IMG/VR virus record: IMGVR_UViG_3300017971_007887
Location: 7,523-71,522 of that record
Length of the DNA: 64,000 bases
Strand: one strand, 5' to 3'
From: a virus
Below the pieces are notes generated by a model. The model saw nothing but the letters and a program-made list of their open reading frames with translations, had not been told where the DNA came from and did not search any database. Shown here in pieces: positions 8,338-18,387 of this stretch (positions within the stretch are counted from its first letter, which is position 1; each line of letters opens with the position of its first letter). The position numbers and the translations under genes are program-made.

Positions 8338-10473
8338 CTACCCATTCCTTTCCTCCTCTTCCTTCTTCATGATCTCATACAGCCTCTCCAGATTGCCGGA
8401 CTTCAGCAACTCTCCCTTCCTGTACTCCCTCTCGCCTTTGCTCTCCTCGGGATCCCCGCGACCGGACGCGAACTGCCCGGTCTCCAGGGACTGCTGCGCG
8501 TAGGTCTCCGCCAAGAACACCGCCCGTGCGAGCGCGTCACTGGCGTCCTTCCCGTAGGGGCCCTTTATAATCTTCTCCACCGGCTGGCCGTTCCTGACCG
8601 TGCCGTCGTTGAACCTCTGCAGTCCGGCCAGCTGTTCCTCCATCGGGGGGTAAGGGTACGCACTGATCCTACGCTCGGTGTACGCCCTCTTGGTCCACTC
8701 GTACGGAACCACGCTGGTGTCCGTGCTCACGATCTCCCAGTCGAACCCCATCTTCTCCAAGGGCTGCGACAGGCTCACCCGCTCGAATGTGTCGAAGCCC
8801 ACACGGTCGACGGAGAACCCCATGTCCCGGAACACATTGACCAGATCCAACAGCGCGTCGTACGGGACCTCCCCTCCTGGGGGCGGACGGATCAGCAGGG
8901 CCAGGTCCACCCACAGCCTGGGCACCAACTCCCTGACAGCCTCCTTATTCTCATCCACCGCCGCTATCTTACCCATGCGCAACCGCTCCACGAACCCGTC
9001 CACCCCCACCACGCAGAACCCGGAGGCCGCCCCGCTGATGCTCGTGTCTATCCCGATGTACCTGGGCATATCCGGTTTGCGGATCGGCCTCCACTCTCCC
9101 TCCGGCTCCTTGGGATCCACCGGCCTGGCCAGCCTGTCCTTTATCAGGAACACACCGTCGTGGAAGTCGGTGGTCTCCTCGGTGTAAGGGTGCAGACAAA
9201 CCTCCCGCGGAACCATAGGCGGGTTCGCAGTGCGATGACAGTCCACTATCACCGACTTGTCGTCGAACAGCATGTTGGTCCCCTCGGTAGGCAGGCCGAT
9301 CACCTGCCGTATAAACATCAGGGTGTCCGCAGTCGCCTTGTCTACCCACATACCACCGGCCCGGGGACACTCCACCACCCGCTGAATCTCCTGTGGATCC
9401 GCCCCTGACGCCTCCATTAGGCGACCGTTCTTGGCGATCTCCTCGGCCACCTGCCGGTCCTCTATAACCTGGGCGGACTGAGTCCTGGTGGGAAGCACCA
9501 CCCAAAACACGTCGTCCATGTCGTACTCGTCCAGCTTAGTCTCCCACTCACTGTGCGCGTACACCTTGGCCCGACATCTGCCGGTATCCACGTCGGGGAT
9601 GGTGAGCCCCTTCTTCTCCACCTCCGTCGCCCGCTTCTCGGTGAAGCTATTGGGGACGGTCTCCCGACACAGCACCACCACCTTGCACGGGAGCGGCATT
9701 ATACCCCCTTCATCCTTGACCAGGTACCTGGTCATCATCCTGGTGGTCGCGCTGTCATACACAGTCTGCGCCTCGTCGTACCTCACCTGGCCCGGATCGG
9801 AGCGTTTGCTCTTGTCCACCACGTCGTACAGGTTGGCCTCGTCCAGAACCACAAAAATCAGGTTTTCGGACTCCGCCGCCGTCTTGCTGGCTCCCGCAAA
9901 CCTGACGAACACGTTCTTGGGCAGCCGTATCTCGTTGACCAGCCGAACAGGGTCCTCCATCGGGAAGTCCTGCTGGTTCATGAAGTACGGCGCAGACATC
10001 ATCATCTGCTTCAGCTCACGGAAGTACGCCGCCTTGGCCTTTTCCTTGGTTACATTCAAGGACATGTACAGAATCTGCGCGGTGGTGGCCATCTTGCGAA
10101 ACGCCTTCTGGGGAGTCCCGTAGCAGCCGATCAGGTGGATGCTGTACATCTCGACTGCGGCCGTAAGATACGTTTTTCCCCAACCAATGCTACCGCGCAG
10201 TATCAACTCGAATACCCGCTGCTCGTACACCTCGCAGAAGTGATCCTTTATCAGGTCGTATGCGTCATCGGCCAGGTGACCACAGAAGTACGGGTTGTCG
10301 ATCCACTCACGAGGAGACAGGGGCGTCCGGTCCTCCCTGGCGCGTTCCTCCGCCTCCCTCTGCTGCTGAACAGTGGCCAGCTTGACGGACCGATGCCGGT
10401 CCTCCCGAATCTTCAACAGGTTCAGGTGGTCGTCTTCACCAATCACCTTCCGGAACGCTTCCCAGTCAGCCAC
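8338..10473 (-). CDS. terL: terminase large subunit
   Basis: Walker A RGSIGWGKT, Walker B VVLDEA, nuclease YIGIDTS and KDASDALA; 711 aa. Confidence 0.9.
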   Translation of the reverse strand: MADWEAFRKVIGEDDHLNLLKIREDRHRSVKLATVQQQREAEERAREDRTPLSPREWIDNPYFCGHLADDAYDLIKDHFCEVYEQRVFELILRGSIGWGKTYLTAAVEMYSIHLIGCYGTPQKAFRKMATTAQILYMSLNVTKEKAKAAYFRELKQMMMSAPYFMNQQDFPMEDPVRLVNEIRLPKNVFVRFAGASKTAAESENLIFVVLDEANLYDVVDKSKRSDPGQVRYDEAQTVYDSATTRMMTRYLVKDEGGIMPLPCKVVVLCRETVPNSFTEKRATEVEKKGLTIPDVDTGRCRAKVYAHSEWETKLDEYDMDDVFWVVLPTRTQSAQVIEDRQVAEEIAKNGRLMEASGADPQEIQRVVECPRAGGMWVDKATADTLMFIRQVIGLPTEGTNMLFDDKSVIVDCHRTANPPMVPREVCLHPYTEETTDFHDGVFLIKDRLARPVDPKEPEGEWRPIRKPDMPRYIGIDTSISGAASGFCVVGVDGFVERLRMGKIAAVDENKEAVRELVPRLWVDLALLIRPPPGGEVPYDALLDLVNVFRDMGFSVDRVGFDTFERVSLSQPLEKMGFDWEIVSTDTSVVPYEWTKRAYTERRISAYPYPPMEEQLAGLQRFNDGTVRNGQPVEKIIKGPYGKDASDALARAVFLAETYAQQSLETGQFASGRGDPEESKGEREYRKGELLKSGNLERLYEIMKKEEEERNG

Positions 10474-13420
10474 TCGTTCTACCCCCGTGTTTTCCGAATG
10501 TCCATCCTATCACCCACCCAGTCGTCCCTCCCAATAACGGCCAAGTCCACGACGGTAAGCCCACATAGTATCCGAACACCACGATGCCAAAACCTGCCAA
10601 CAGTCCGACACCAACAGCCCATATAAAAAATCTGATCACTCGATCTCCTTCAGGTACTCGTAGGGATCGACCTTCCACTCCTCAATCGGCACCACTCACC
10701 ACAGCACTTGCACCGGACCCAGGCCGGCCGGTGAGACATGGTCACGTCCTTGCGCTCGTGTTTGCCAGGGGGTTTGTCGTTGCACAGATGACAGACCTTG
10801 TCGCCCTTGTTGCCTTGGAACGTCATCCGACAGTAGATGCAGTTGCATCGATACTTGCTGCTCATTCGATCTCCTTCAGGTACTTCTCGACCAGCGCCAA
10901 GATGTCCTCCATCATTTCGTGCTTCGACTCGGGCGGTGTGTAGAAATACCGCTCCAGGACACTCCGGACCCGCCGCAGCATCCTGACGTGCTCCATCGAC
11001 CTCGACACCTCGGCCTTGTGCATGACCTTCAGTGCGTCCCGCTCCTCAATACATTCGGGCATGACGCACTTGATCCCACTGTGCTTGACCGTCATCAGTT
11101 CACCAGCCATTGGATCAGGAAGCCCAGACCCGCGAACGCTGCGGCGATGCCGACGACGAGCCAGAAGGTCCTCCAGTTCTTGACGACGCTCATGGCTACC
11201 ACTCTTCCCCGAATATGGCCGACTCTACTATCCACATCGGTAACATTCCACCACCTCCCATCTGGTAAAACGCCACACAAATCGGCATCTGCTTTTCGCC
11301 ACTCATGTCTTCAGAACCAAGCCCATCTCGTTCTTGATGCCCCGGCCGTTGCAGGTCAGCTCGATGGCGACTATCCGCTGCGGCCTCTCGGTAAGGCTGG
11401 TCGTGATCACGTCGCCCACGATCAGGTGCGGGTTGCGGTCCCGGTCGGCCACGTACACATCACCCCTGCCACTGACCCTCACATGATATTTGCAGATGAC
11501 GTGATTCACTTCACCGGGCTCTCCAGCGCCCGCCTGGCCACCGCGCCCCGGTCCCTCTGTATCTTGCCGGTGACCAGCTCCTCCGTCAGCAGGTTGATCG
11601 TGATCTGGTAGTCTGCCGGGTCGGTGTAGAACGTCAACGCAGTCCTCAGACGGACCACCTCACACGTCCAACACAACCCATTCGGGATATTCCCTACACC
11701 GGGGATCACCGCCCGGTTGTGGTCGTTCAACTCGCAGCCGCACACTTCACATTCGGTTCCCATGAGAACATCCTCCCAACGTGGTACAGAACTGACAATC
11801 CTTGCAAGCCAACTTCAAGATTTCCTGCTTGCAGTCCAGCCCGTGATACTCCTTCAGGTCGGCAATCGCTTCATCGGTAGTCGTCGCGCACACCTTGCCA
11901 CCAGCACTGACCAATTCGTGCGTGTGACCCTTGCGCCTCCACTGCCTTTCCATCAATCCTCCTCAGCCAGCACAATCTTGATGCCTTCCCGGATTCCGTT
12001 GATGGTCTGTCGCCGGATACTCGGTTCTCTTACTGTGCACAAGTCACCCAGCTTCTCGTTCACCTTCTCCAGCACGCCCTCCAGCCGCTCGACCCTCGGG
12101 TGCTTCTCCTCCACGTCGGACACCTCGAACATGATGGTGCCTCCATGGCAACTTCACCGTGTACACGCGCTCGCAATACAACTCGACCGTCCGTAGGTCG
12201 TGCGTTATGGTTTGAACCCCATACCGGACGCCGAGGACCTTATAGTGACGCTGCTCGTTCCTCTTCATCAGCGTCACCACCTCGCCTATCCGTGGAACCA
12301 CGTCGGTCTCGAACCGCTCCACCTCCTCCGCCTCGCCCCACCGCCCGGACTCCTCGCTCTCCTCATAAATGGTCACGTTCACCATCAGTCCCTCCTGCTG
12401 GCCCGCTCGGCCAGCCCGAACACGATCACCACAGCGCCGCGCCTCCCAGGATGTTCAACAGCAGCTTCCACTCGTCGGCGGTCATCGTCTGAACCACCTG
12501 CGCCACCACGGCAGGCGTCTGAACCTCCACTCGGCCGGAATCACCTCGCAGAACAACCAACCGCCCAGCGACGACGGAGGCAACGGCCTCAACCCCAACC
12601 CGTCCAGCACGACGCCCTCAAGCTCTGCCGCGACGCTCACCGCCAGGAGCATCACCAGGTCCTCGCTGATCCAAGTCTCCAGCGATGCCTCCTCGACCGT
12701 CCACTTGGCGACGAGCCTGCGCCGGGTGGATGCTATCTGCCCGACCTTCACGTTCAGGGCGGTCATCGCCGCATCACCCGGTCAGTGCAGCCGTCCCGGC
12801 CGAACGGATTCTTAAAATTGTACCGACACCGACGACAGGCCTTCTTCTCGACGTGCTCCTTGGCCTGCTCCGCCACACCCTCGTACTTCCGCGAGTCCAT
12901 CACCGCCTCGTCCGCTACCCAAGCGCACACCCTTCCCACCCGACTGACCAGCTCCCACTGGTTCTTGTCGTCGTTGCGCTTCCACTTCTTCTCGAATTCG
13001 GCGGTCATCTCAGTCTCGTCACGGTTATCTGAATGAGCGGACACCACTCAGGGAACTCGTCGTCGGTCACGATGCTTCTCATGTCCAACCCAGGATAGCT
13101 GCACTCGTCATGATAGACCACATCGTCGTAATGCCTGAACGGGCAGTCCATGCACCGCTTGACAATAACCTGGGGTGTTGCTTCCTCGTTCATCTCTCCA
13201 TCCTGGCGATCAGGTCTTCCATCTTCACGATCAGCCGCATCTGGTCGGTGGACAGCACCCTGACCTCGGCGTCCACGTTCGTGAGGTCGGCGTTCTTCAG
13301 GTCCGCAGCCCTCAACGTTGGATTGCCGGTCTCGATGTAGCAGATCCGCATGTACAACCCCAACACCATCAACTCCACCTCACTCCTGGTGAACAGAAGC
13401 TCAACGGTCCGGTCAGTCAT
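10466..13420 (-). other. run of about 12 very small hypothetical ORFs
   Basis: Overlapping 55-115 aa ORFs with GTGA/ATGA junctions; some hydrophobic (10466, 11095) or Zn-finger-like (10650, 11506, 13005). Confidence 0.6.
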
Positions 13421-13422
13421 GG

Positions 13423-14985
13423 CTACCACTCCCAGTCGTCGCCGGGGATCTTCCGCACCACCTTGCCCAGCCGCCTGGGCTTGTTCGTGGCCCTCGGCAG
13501 GGACGTCCCGTCCTTGTAGCCGTGGTCGCCGGCCCTGTCTCCAGGCAGTAGTGGTGCCGTGTACTCGTAGTCTATCTTCTCGGCAGTGGGCGACACCACC
13601 TCCGTGTCCTCCAACGGCCAACGATCATGCTTGCCCGTCCGGACGCACACCTGGACCTCGTCGTCGTGGATGAACACCACCCGGCCCATCCTGCCGGTCC
13701 TCCGGTGCCTGACCCGGTCGGTGTCGTACTTCTGCATCAGGTGCGTCAACCGGTCGTGGTGGTTCTCCTGGTCTTCAATGTCGTCGGTCACCACGATCAG
13801 GTCCGTCAGCGCCGACGCGACAGGACGCCCGTCGCCCTCCCACACCACCTCAGCGCCACGGACCTCGGTCTCGTGCCGTTGCAAGCGCCTCAGCTTCTTG
13901 ATCACACCGACCCCAAACTCCGAGTACCTCTTGTGCCGCACCTTCGCACCCACCGGGTACAACAGGCCCTCCTTCTTCTGTTCGGCATGCCTCAGCCGCT
14001 TCAACGCAGACCATCCCTCAGACCCGTCCGGCCATCGCACCCTGGCGCTCGGCTTCTGCAGGTAGGTACCCAACTTGATCACCTTGCCCACTCCCAACTC
14101 TGCACCGCAGTGCACCACCTTGTCTCCTACTTCGATCTCAGGTTCCATGCCTACCTCCTGTTCCGGCAACGCTAGGTCGCCAATCATTTTCGGTTCGCCC
14201 ACCTCGGCCGTGTACTCGCCCACCACGTGCCTGCAATTGAAGCCTCCCGGTTTCTTTGGCGGCTCCGGGAACTTCGGAACGCGAGCGGCGACTATCGGCA
14301 ACGCCCACGTCTCGAAGAAGCTGGCCAGCGGCGATGGCCCGTAATCACCGTTCGTCTTGTTCACGTGCCGCTCCTTGAACTTCTCGAACTGCTCGACCTG
14401 CGCCTCGGTCGGGATCGTGTGCGGTGACGGCGACAACGGCAACTGCCATTTGCCCATACCTGACAGCGGCAGCGCCCACTTCTTGAAGTGCTCGATCAGC
14501 TGGTCGTCGTTGTCGATGATAGCTTTCTGGATCTCCTTCGCGATCGCGGCCGCCACCTTGTGCTCCTCCACAAGGGTCTTCACCGGCTCGATCTTGACCT
14601 CGCCGTCCTTGACCACCACTGCCTTCTCGTCCGGGCGCTCCGCCAGGTCCGCCTTGTTCATCCGCTCGATCTCGGCCATCGTCAGCGCGTTGGCCAGCAT
14701 GGTCTTCCCGTACCGGGAGCCTGCGGTCAACAGCGGGCGCAACTCCGCCAGCGGACTCACACCGTACACTTCCTCCGGCGTGAGCGGCACCTTGAACGGC
14801 TCGATCTGCGGCTCGATGCACGCCACGTCCTCCACCGACCACCGGTCGTGGTAGAACCGCCGCTCCCCGTCCTGCTCGATCACCCTGACCTTCAGCCAGT
14901 CGGCCTCGAACGACTGCACCAATGCCCGCCTGCTGTCCCAATGCACCACCGTCTTACCCACCATGTCCTTGCTCTTCATGATCAA
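13423..14985 (-). CDS. multi-SH3/KOW-like protein with a central stretch of virion/packaging-like motifs
   Basis: Repeats VGKTVVH, VGDKVVH..GVGKVI, VGAKVRH..FGVGVI, DRVRH..GRMGRVV; central YGVSPL, GSRYGKT, WALPIV, GGFNCRH. Confidence 0.6.
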   Translation of the reverse strand: MIMKSKDMVGKTVVHWDSRRALVQSFEADWLKVRVIEQDGERRFYHDRWSVEDVACIEPQIEPFKVPLTPEEVYGVSPLAELRPLLTAGSRYGKTMLANALTMAEIERMNKADLAERPDEKAVVVKDGEVKIEPVKTLVEEHKVAAAIAKEIQKAIIDNDDQLIEHFKKWALPLSGMGKWQLPLSPSPHTIPTEAQVEQFEKFKERHVNKTNGDYGPSPLASFFETWALPIVAARVPKFPEPPKKPGGFNCRHVVGEYTAEVGEPKMIGDLALPEQEVGMEPEIEVGDKVVHCGAELGVGKVIKLGTYLQKPSARVRWPDGSEGWSALKRLRHAEQKKEGLLYPVGAKVRHKRYSEFGVGVIKKLRRLQRHETEVRGAEVVWEGDGRPVASALTDLIVVTDDIEDQENHHDRLTHLMQKYDTDRVRHRRTGRMGRVVFIHDDEVQVCVRTGKHDRWPLEDTEVVSPTAEKIDYEYTAPLLPGDRAGDHGYKDGTSLPRATNKPRRLGKVVRKIPGDDWEW

Positions 14986-15234
14986 CCTCCAGGCTCAGTA
15001 TAGTGCAATCTTCTGGTTTATAAAACAGGTTTTTATAATGGACCGTCTATCGCCACGGACGGTCCGACGTGGGCGGCCGCCTGGACGGAGGTAGGTGCCC
15101 ATCGACCGCTGCGGGTGTTTTGGGAGAAGCGAAAGACGGGTCAGCGCCTCCCACCGAATGATCTCACCTGGTCCCAAGCCCAAGTACTCCCGCCAGGTCG
15201 CCACCGCCCGCTGGGCGAATCCTGGTCTTTCCAG

Positions 15235-15513
15235 TCAAGGTGCTCTGCGCAACTGGTCAGTCAACCACTCCTTGGTCATGCGTCGGCACCCATTGTCGTC
15301 ACAGTACCACGGCCCTGCCGTCGCGGGGCGTTCCCAAAAATGATCGTTGTTCAGGCGCTCCTTGAGCCACTTGATCCGCTCGTCTATCCGCAGGACGTGC
15401 TGCTCGATGCGGTCCAGTTGCTTCTCCTCCCTCGACTCAGTATCGAACACAAGACCCACCACGACGACAAGCGCAGCGATCACCGCAATGACGCCCGCGA
15501 AGTATTTGAACAT
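15235..15513 (-). CDS. small membrane-anchored coiled-coil protein
   Basis: N-terminal hydrophobic helix, then heptad-like segment. Confidence 0.55.
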   Translation of the reverse strand: MFKYFAGVIAVIAALVVVVGLVFDTESREEKQLDRIEQHVLRIDERIKWLKERLNNDHFWERPATAGPWYCDDNGCRRMTKEWLTDQLRRAP

Positions 15514-15578
15514 CCCAGTCCATCAACTCACTCCTTTATGGTTCTCCAGCGTCGTTTGTCCCCGGTTTTTGAAATTGT

Positions 15579-15767
15579 CTACTCTCCCTTCACCACGATG
15601 CTGCCGAACACCACCAGCATAAACACCGGGAATGCGACAGGCCACAGCAGAACCATGGCCGCCCCGATCCTATCTAGCGAAAGTATGTAGTGCCCAAGCA
15701 CCCAGCCAACAGCGGCGTACACATTCGCCGCACCGACGATCGACAGGACTGTCCAGTACCACTCCAT
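15579..15767 (-). CDS. small two-TM membrane protein
   Basis: Hydrophobic 62 aa; LLWPV motif. Confidence 0.55.
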   Translation of the reverse strand: MEWYWTVLSIVGAANVYAAVGWVLGHYILSLDRIGAAMVLLWPVAFPVFMLVVFGSIVVKGE

Positions 15768-15771
15768 ATCT

Positions 15772-15999
15772 CTATTCCTTCTTCAACGCAGCATCCAACT
15801 TCATATCCAGCAATAATTCCAAGTTGGCCAATCTATTCTCCAACGCACTTATCTTCTCAGCCATGTTCGCATTGACCGACTTCAAGGTATCAATAATACC
15901 ATCTACTTTATCCCAATACTCCCGCACCTGGACCGGTGCAGAATTATAACCTCATGTACACGGAGTATCCCAACATTTTACACAATCAGATAGTGCCAT
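15772..15999 (-). CDS. candidate selenoprotein (CxxC-x4-CxU knuckle + coiled coil), or nonsense pseudogene
   Basis: SD AGGAG, ATG 15999, MALSDCVKCWDTPCT[TGA 15954-15952]GYNSAPVQVREYW...LKKE TAG 15774-15772; the frame fills the gap between its neighbours. Confidence 0.55.
15916..15947 (-). promoter_or_regulatory. SECIS-like hairpin downstream of the in-frame UGA
   Basis: UUCUGCACC-GGUCCA-GGUGCGGGA, with further AUA/UAU pairing; the G-led loop starts at +18 after UGA. Confidence 0.5.
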
Positions 16000-16021
16000 A
16001 CCAGTCTCCTCTCATCAGGGA

Positions 16022-16663
16022 TTAATTCACCTCCAGGACCTCATCCACCTGAGCCTTGGCCTCGGCGTCTATCTGCGCCAGATCCTGCATGATGTTCTCG
16101 TAGACCTCCGCGGACTTTACCCACTTCTGAATCACCACCAGGACCCTCTGCGTGATCTCCCTGGTGTGCGTGGCCACCACGAACTTGTCCGCGATCCCCA
16201 GACCCTTCCTCTCCACATCCACACCCTTGGCCATCAACGGCACCAGCATTGCCATGACCCTCATGCCCTCCTTGACATCCATTTCCCCGCTGTCCATCTG
16301 CCTGACGATGTTGACCGCCTTCTCCATGGCCACGCCAGCCGCCCCCTGCATGGCCTGCCCGACCTTGATGTGCCTGTCGGTGGCCTCAGCTATCTGTCTC
16401 TCCCTGCGTTCGGCGGCATCGATCTCCTGTTTCTCGGCCACCCGCCGGTCCACCCGCTCCCAGTGCTCCTTACGATACCTCGACCAGTGCTCGGAAGTGC
16501 ACCGCCTCCTGATGTTGTAGACGGAGCAGCCAGCGTGCCCCTCGAATTCCTCCGCTACTTCCTGGGTTGTATAACCAGGCGGATCGGAGTAGATGAACAT
16601 CTCCCTGGGAGTCCGCCACTTGCTCCTCTTCCTTCTCTTCTTGGGTGCCCGCTTGCGTGCCAT
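16022..16663 (-). CDS. terminase small subunit (probable)
   Basis: N-terminal HTH (TTQEVAEEF..SVYNIRRR...W), helical middle, KGVDVERKGLG; starts MARKRAPKK. Confidence 0.6.
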   Translation of the reverse strand: MARKRAPKKRRKRSKWRTPREMFIYSDPPGYTTQEVAEEFEGHAGCSVYNIRRRCTSEHWSRYRKEHWERVDRRVAEKQEIDAAERRERQIAEATDRHIKVGQAMQGAAGVAMEKAVNIVRQMDSGEMDVKEGMRVMAMLVPLMAKGVDVERKGLGIADKFVVATHTREITQRVLVVIQKWVKSAEVYENIMQDLAQIDAEAKAQVDEVLEVN

Positions 16664-17083
16664 CAGTTCCCCATCTCCTCCAACTTCCGCATCTCCACGG
16701 TGCCCCTGCGGGTCACAAACCACAGTTTTCCGTCGCCATCAATCGACGGGATCCAGCCGGCCAGGCCCATTTTTCGCAGCCTCCCGAGAAAGCTTCCCGC
16801 AGGAGCAGTCCTGGCATGGCCCCACATCGCCTGGGAGAACTGCCGGGTCGTCATGTTCCCCTCCGGGCTGCACCACAGGACCCTCAACGCCTTCTGCTGC
16901 GCGACTGTCAGTATCATCTTCCACCTCCACCCGGACGGCAACCACCTTCCACAGGCGGCGCCTGTCCGGAACTATCATCTTCTCAAACATGTGGTCCGCC
17001 ACCCGCTCACTCTCGTACAGGACCAGGTTCGGGCCAAAGTAGTTCAACCTGCCGCTTCTGGACACTATCGCGTGGAAGATCAT
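16663..17083 (-). other. two small hypothetical ORFs (one winged-HTH-like)
   Basis: ORFs ending at 16739 and 16663; LTVAQQKALRVL..MTTRQFSQAMW..LGRLRKMGL. Confidence 0.45.
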
Positions 17084-17628
17084 CTCACCTCCTTGAAGCC
17101 GACGGACTCTAGCGCCGCCCGGAACATGATGTTGGCAATGTCAACCTTCTCATTATAAACTTCCAACTTCAACCTGACATCTTCATTCACTGTTGTCCCC
17201 ACCACAATATACGTATTAATGGCCTCACACCCTTCGGGTGTAATTTCCAGACAGCCAAAACTGCACATCATGACCTGCTCCACCTGACTGTCTCCAGCAC
17301 TAACCTTGCGGACCACCTTCCACTCCCTGGGCTCTGCGTTCCCGCACCCGGCGTTCCGATTAACGGTCTCCACGAAACTGCCGTCCTTCCGGCACTGCTC
17401 CTTCACCTTCTCAGCGCACTCCTCGTGGACAGATCCGCCACACAACTGGCTGTGCACCCGGACACCAGGTTTGTTGCACACCACACACACCGGCTGCCGG
17501 GTAGCCTGGCGCATGCGCTCAGGTGTGGACGGTATGGATGTCATGAAGTCCCCGGTCGACAGCTTCTCCGGAGGACTCGAGTCGAACATGTCCCTCTGCC
17601 CCTTCTTGGGCGCTCTCTTCCTGGCCAT
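17080..17628 (-). CDS. hypothetical Zn-finger protein with beta-clamp-like motif
   Basis: MARKRAPKKGQRDMFD; CVVC...CGGSVHEEC. Confidence 0.6.
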   Translation of the reverse strand: MARKRAPKKGQRDMFDSSPPEKLSTGDFMTSIPSTPERMRQATRQPVCVVCNKPGVRVHSQLCGGSVHEECAEKVKEQCRKDGSFVETVNRNAGCGNAEPREWKVVRKVSAGDSQVEQVMMCSFGCLEITPEGCEAINTYIVVGTTVNEDVRLKLEVYNEKVDIANIMFRAALESVGFKEVR

Positions 17629-17643
17629 GATTCCGCTCCTGAC

Positions 17644-18060
17644 CTAGATGGCGGGACACGTTCCGGCAGACCACAGGAACGGCATCCAGTCTACCGGCAG
17701 TTCGTCGCCCCAACCCTGGGGAATATCACAGTGCTGATTGGCCCTCTGCAACCAGTAACAGTCGGCCGCCTCGGCGCACTCGGCGTTCGTGTACCCTTGG
17801 AACCACTCGTAGTCCACGCAGTCACCTTGATCCAGCACAGGATGACCGCAGAACATAGCCCACTGTGCCGCCTCGTCGCAAAGCCTGACACACTCCGCGT
17901 AGTGGGTGTCGTAGAAGTCCTGTGGATCGCACTGACACGTCCCCTCTGGTCCCTGGGGACCCTCGATCCCGCAGCCCGCCAGCCAAAACACCAGCACTGC
18001 ACAACCGACCGCAAAGGACAGGAACAGCACTGCCTTCGTCACGAAATCGTTTCCTTTCAT
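17644..18060 (-). CDS. Cys-rich lipoprotein
   Basis: Hydrophobic leader ending in LAGC lipobox; short GPQGPEG collagen-like linker; many Cys. Confidence 0.65.
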   Translation of the reverse strand: MKGNDFVTKAVLFLSFAVGCAVLVFWLAGCGIEGPQGPEGTCQCDPQDFYDTHYAECVRLCDEAAQWAMFCGHPVLDQGDCVDYEWFQGYTNAECAEAADCYWLQRANQHCDIPQGWGDELPVDWMPFLWSAGTCPAI

Positions 18061-18063
18061 TCT

Positions 18064-18387
18064 TCACCTCCTCCTATAATACCCGTGCCATCGGTACGGG
18101 CAGGCCTTCCTGAACGACTCAGACCACATTTGATCGTGATGTTTCTTCCTATTTTCGTTGATCCTGGTGTTCATGAACTCGTCGCCATGACGCGCGTGAA
18201 GTTCGGCACATTCCGGACAATGCACCACGGTTCTGAATCCGATTATATCGTACACTTCAACCAACTTCCATCCTTCAGGCCGCGGTTGCTTCTCTATCGG
18301 CAATTTCTCCTGACCGGCATCGTGCGTCACCAACCCGCCCCTGTCGCATGCCCAGCAAAGCCAATGGGTGGTGAGCTGCTCGACCAA
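18064..18387 (-). CDS. hypothetical Zn-binding protein
   Basis: CWAC...PEGW...HCPEC. Confidence 0.5.
   Translation of the reverse strand: MVEQLTTHWLCWACDRGGLVTHDAGQEKLPIEKQPRPEGWKLVEVYDIIGFRTVVHCPECAELHARHGDEFMNTRINENRKKHHDQMWSESFRKACPYRWHGYYRRR

Noticed and set aside
14695-14725. Second terminase or ATPase in the 520-aa ORF
   Set aside because: GSRYGKT has no Walker B or ATPase-sized domain around it; kept only as a mimic motif.
15952-15954. Genome-wide UGA reassignment
   Set aside because: TGA ends many intact genes (portal, polymerase, SbcC, RecA) at expected lengths.
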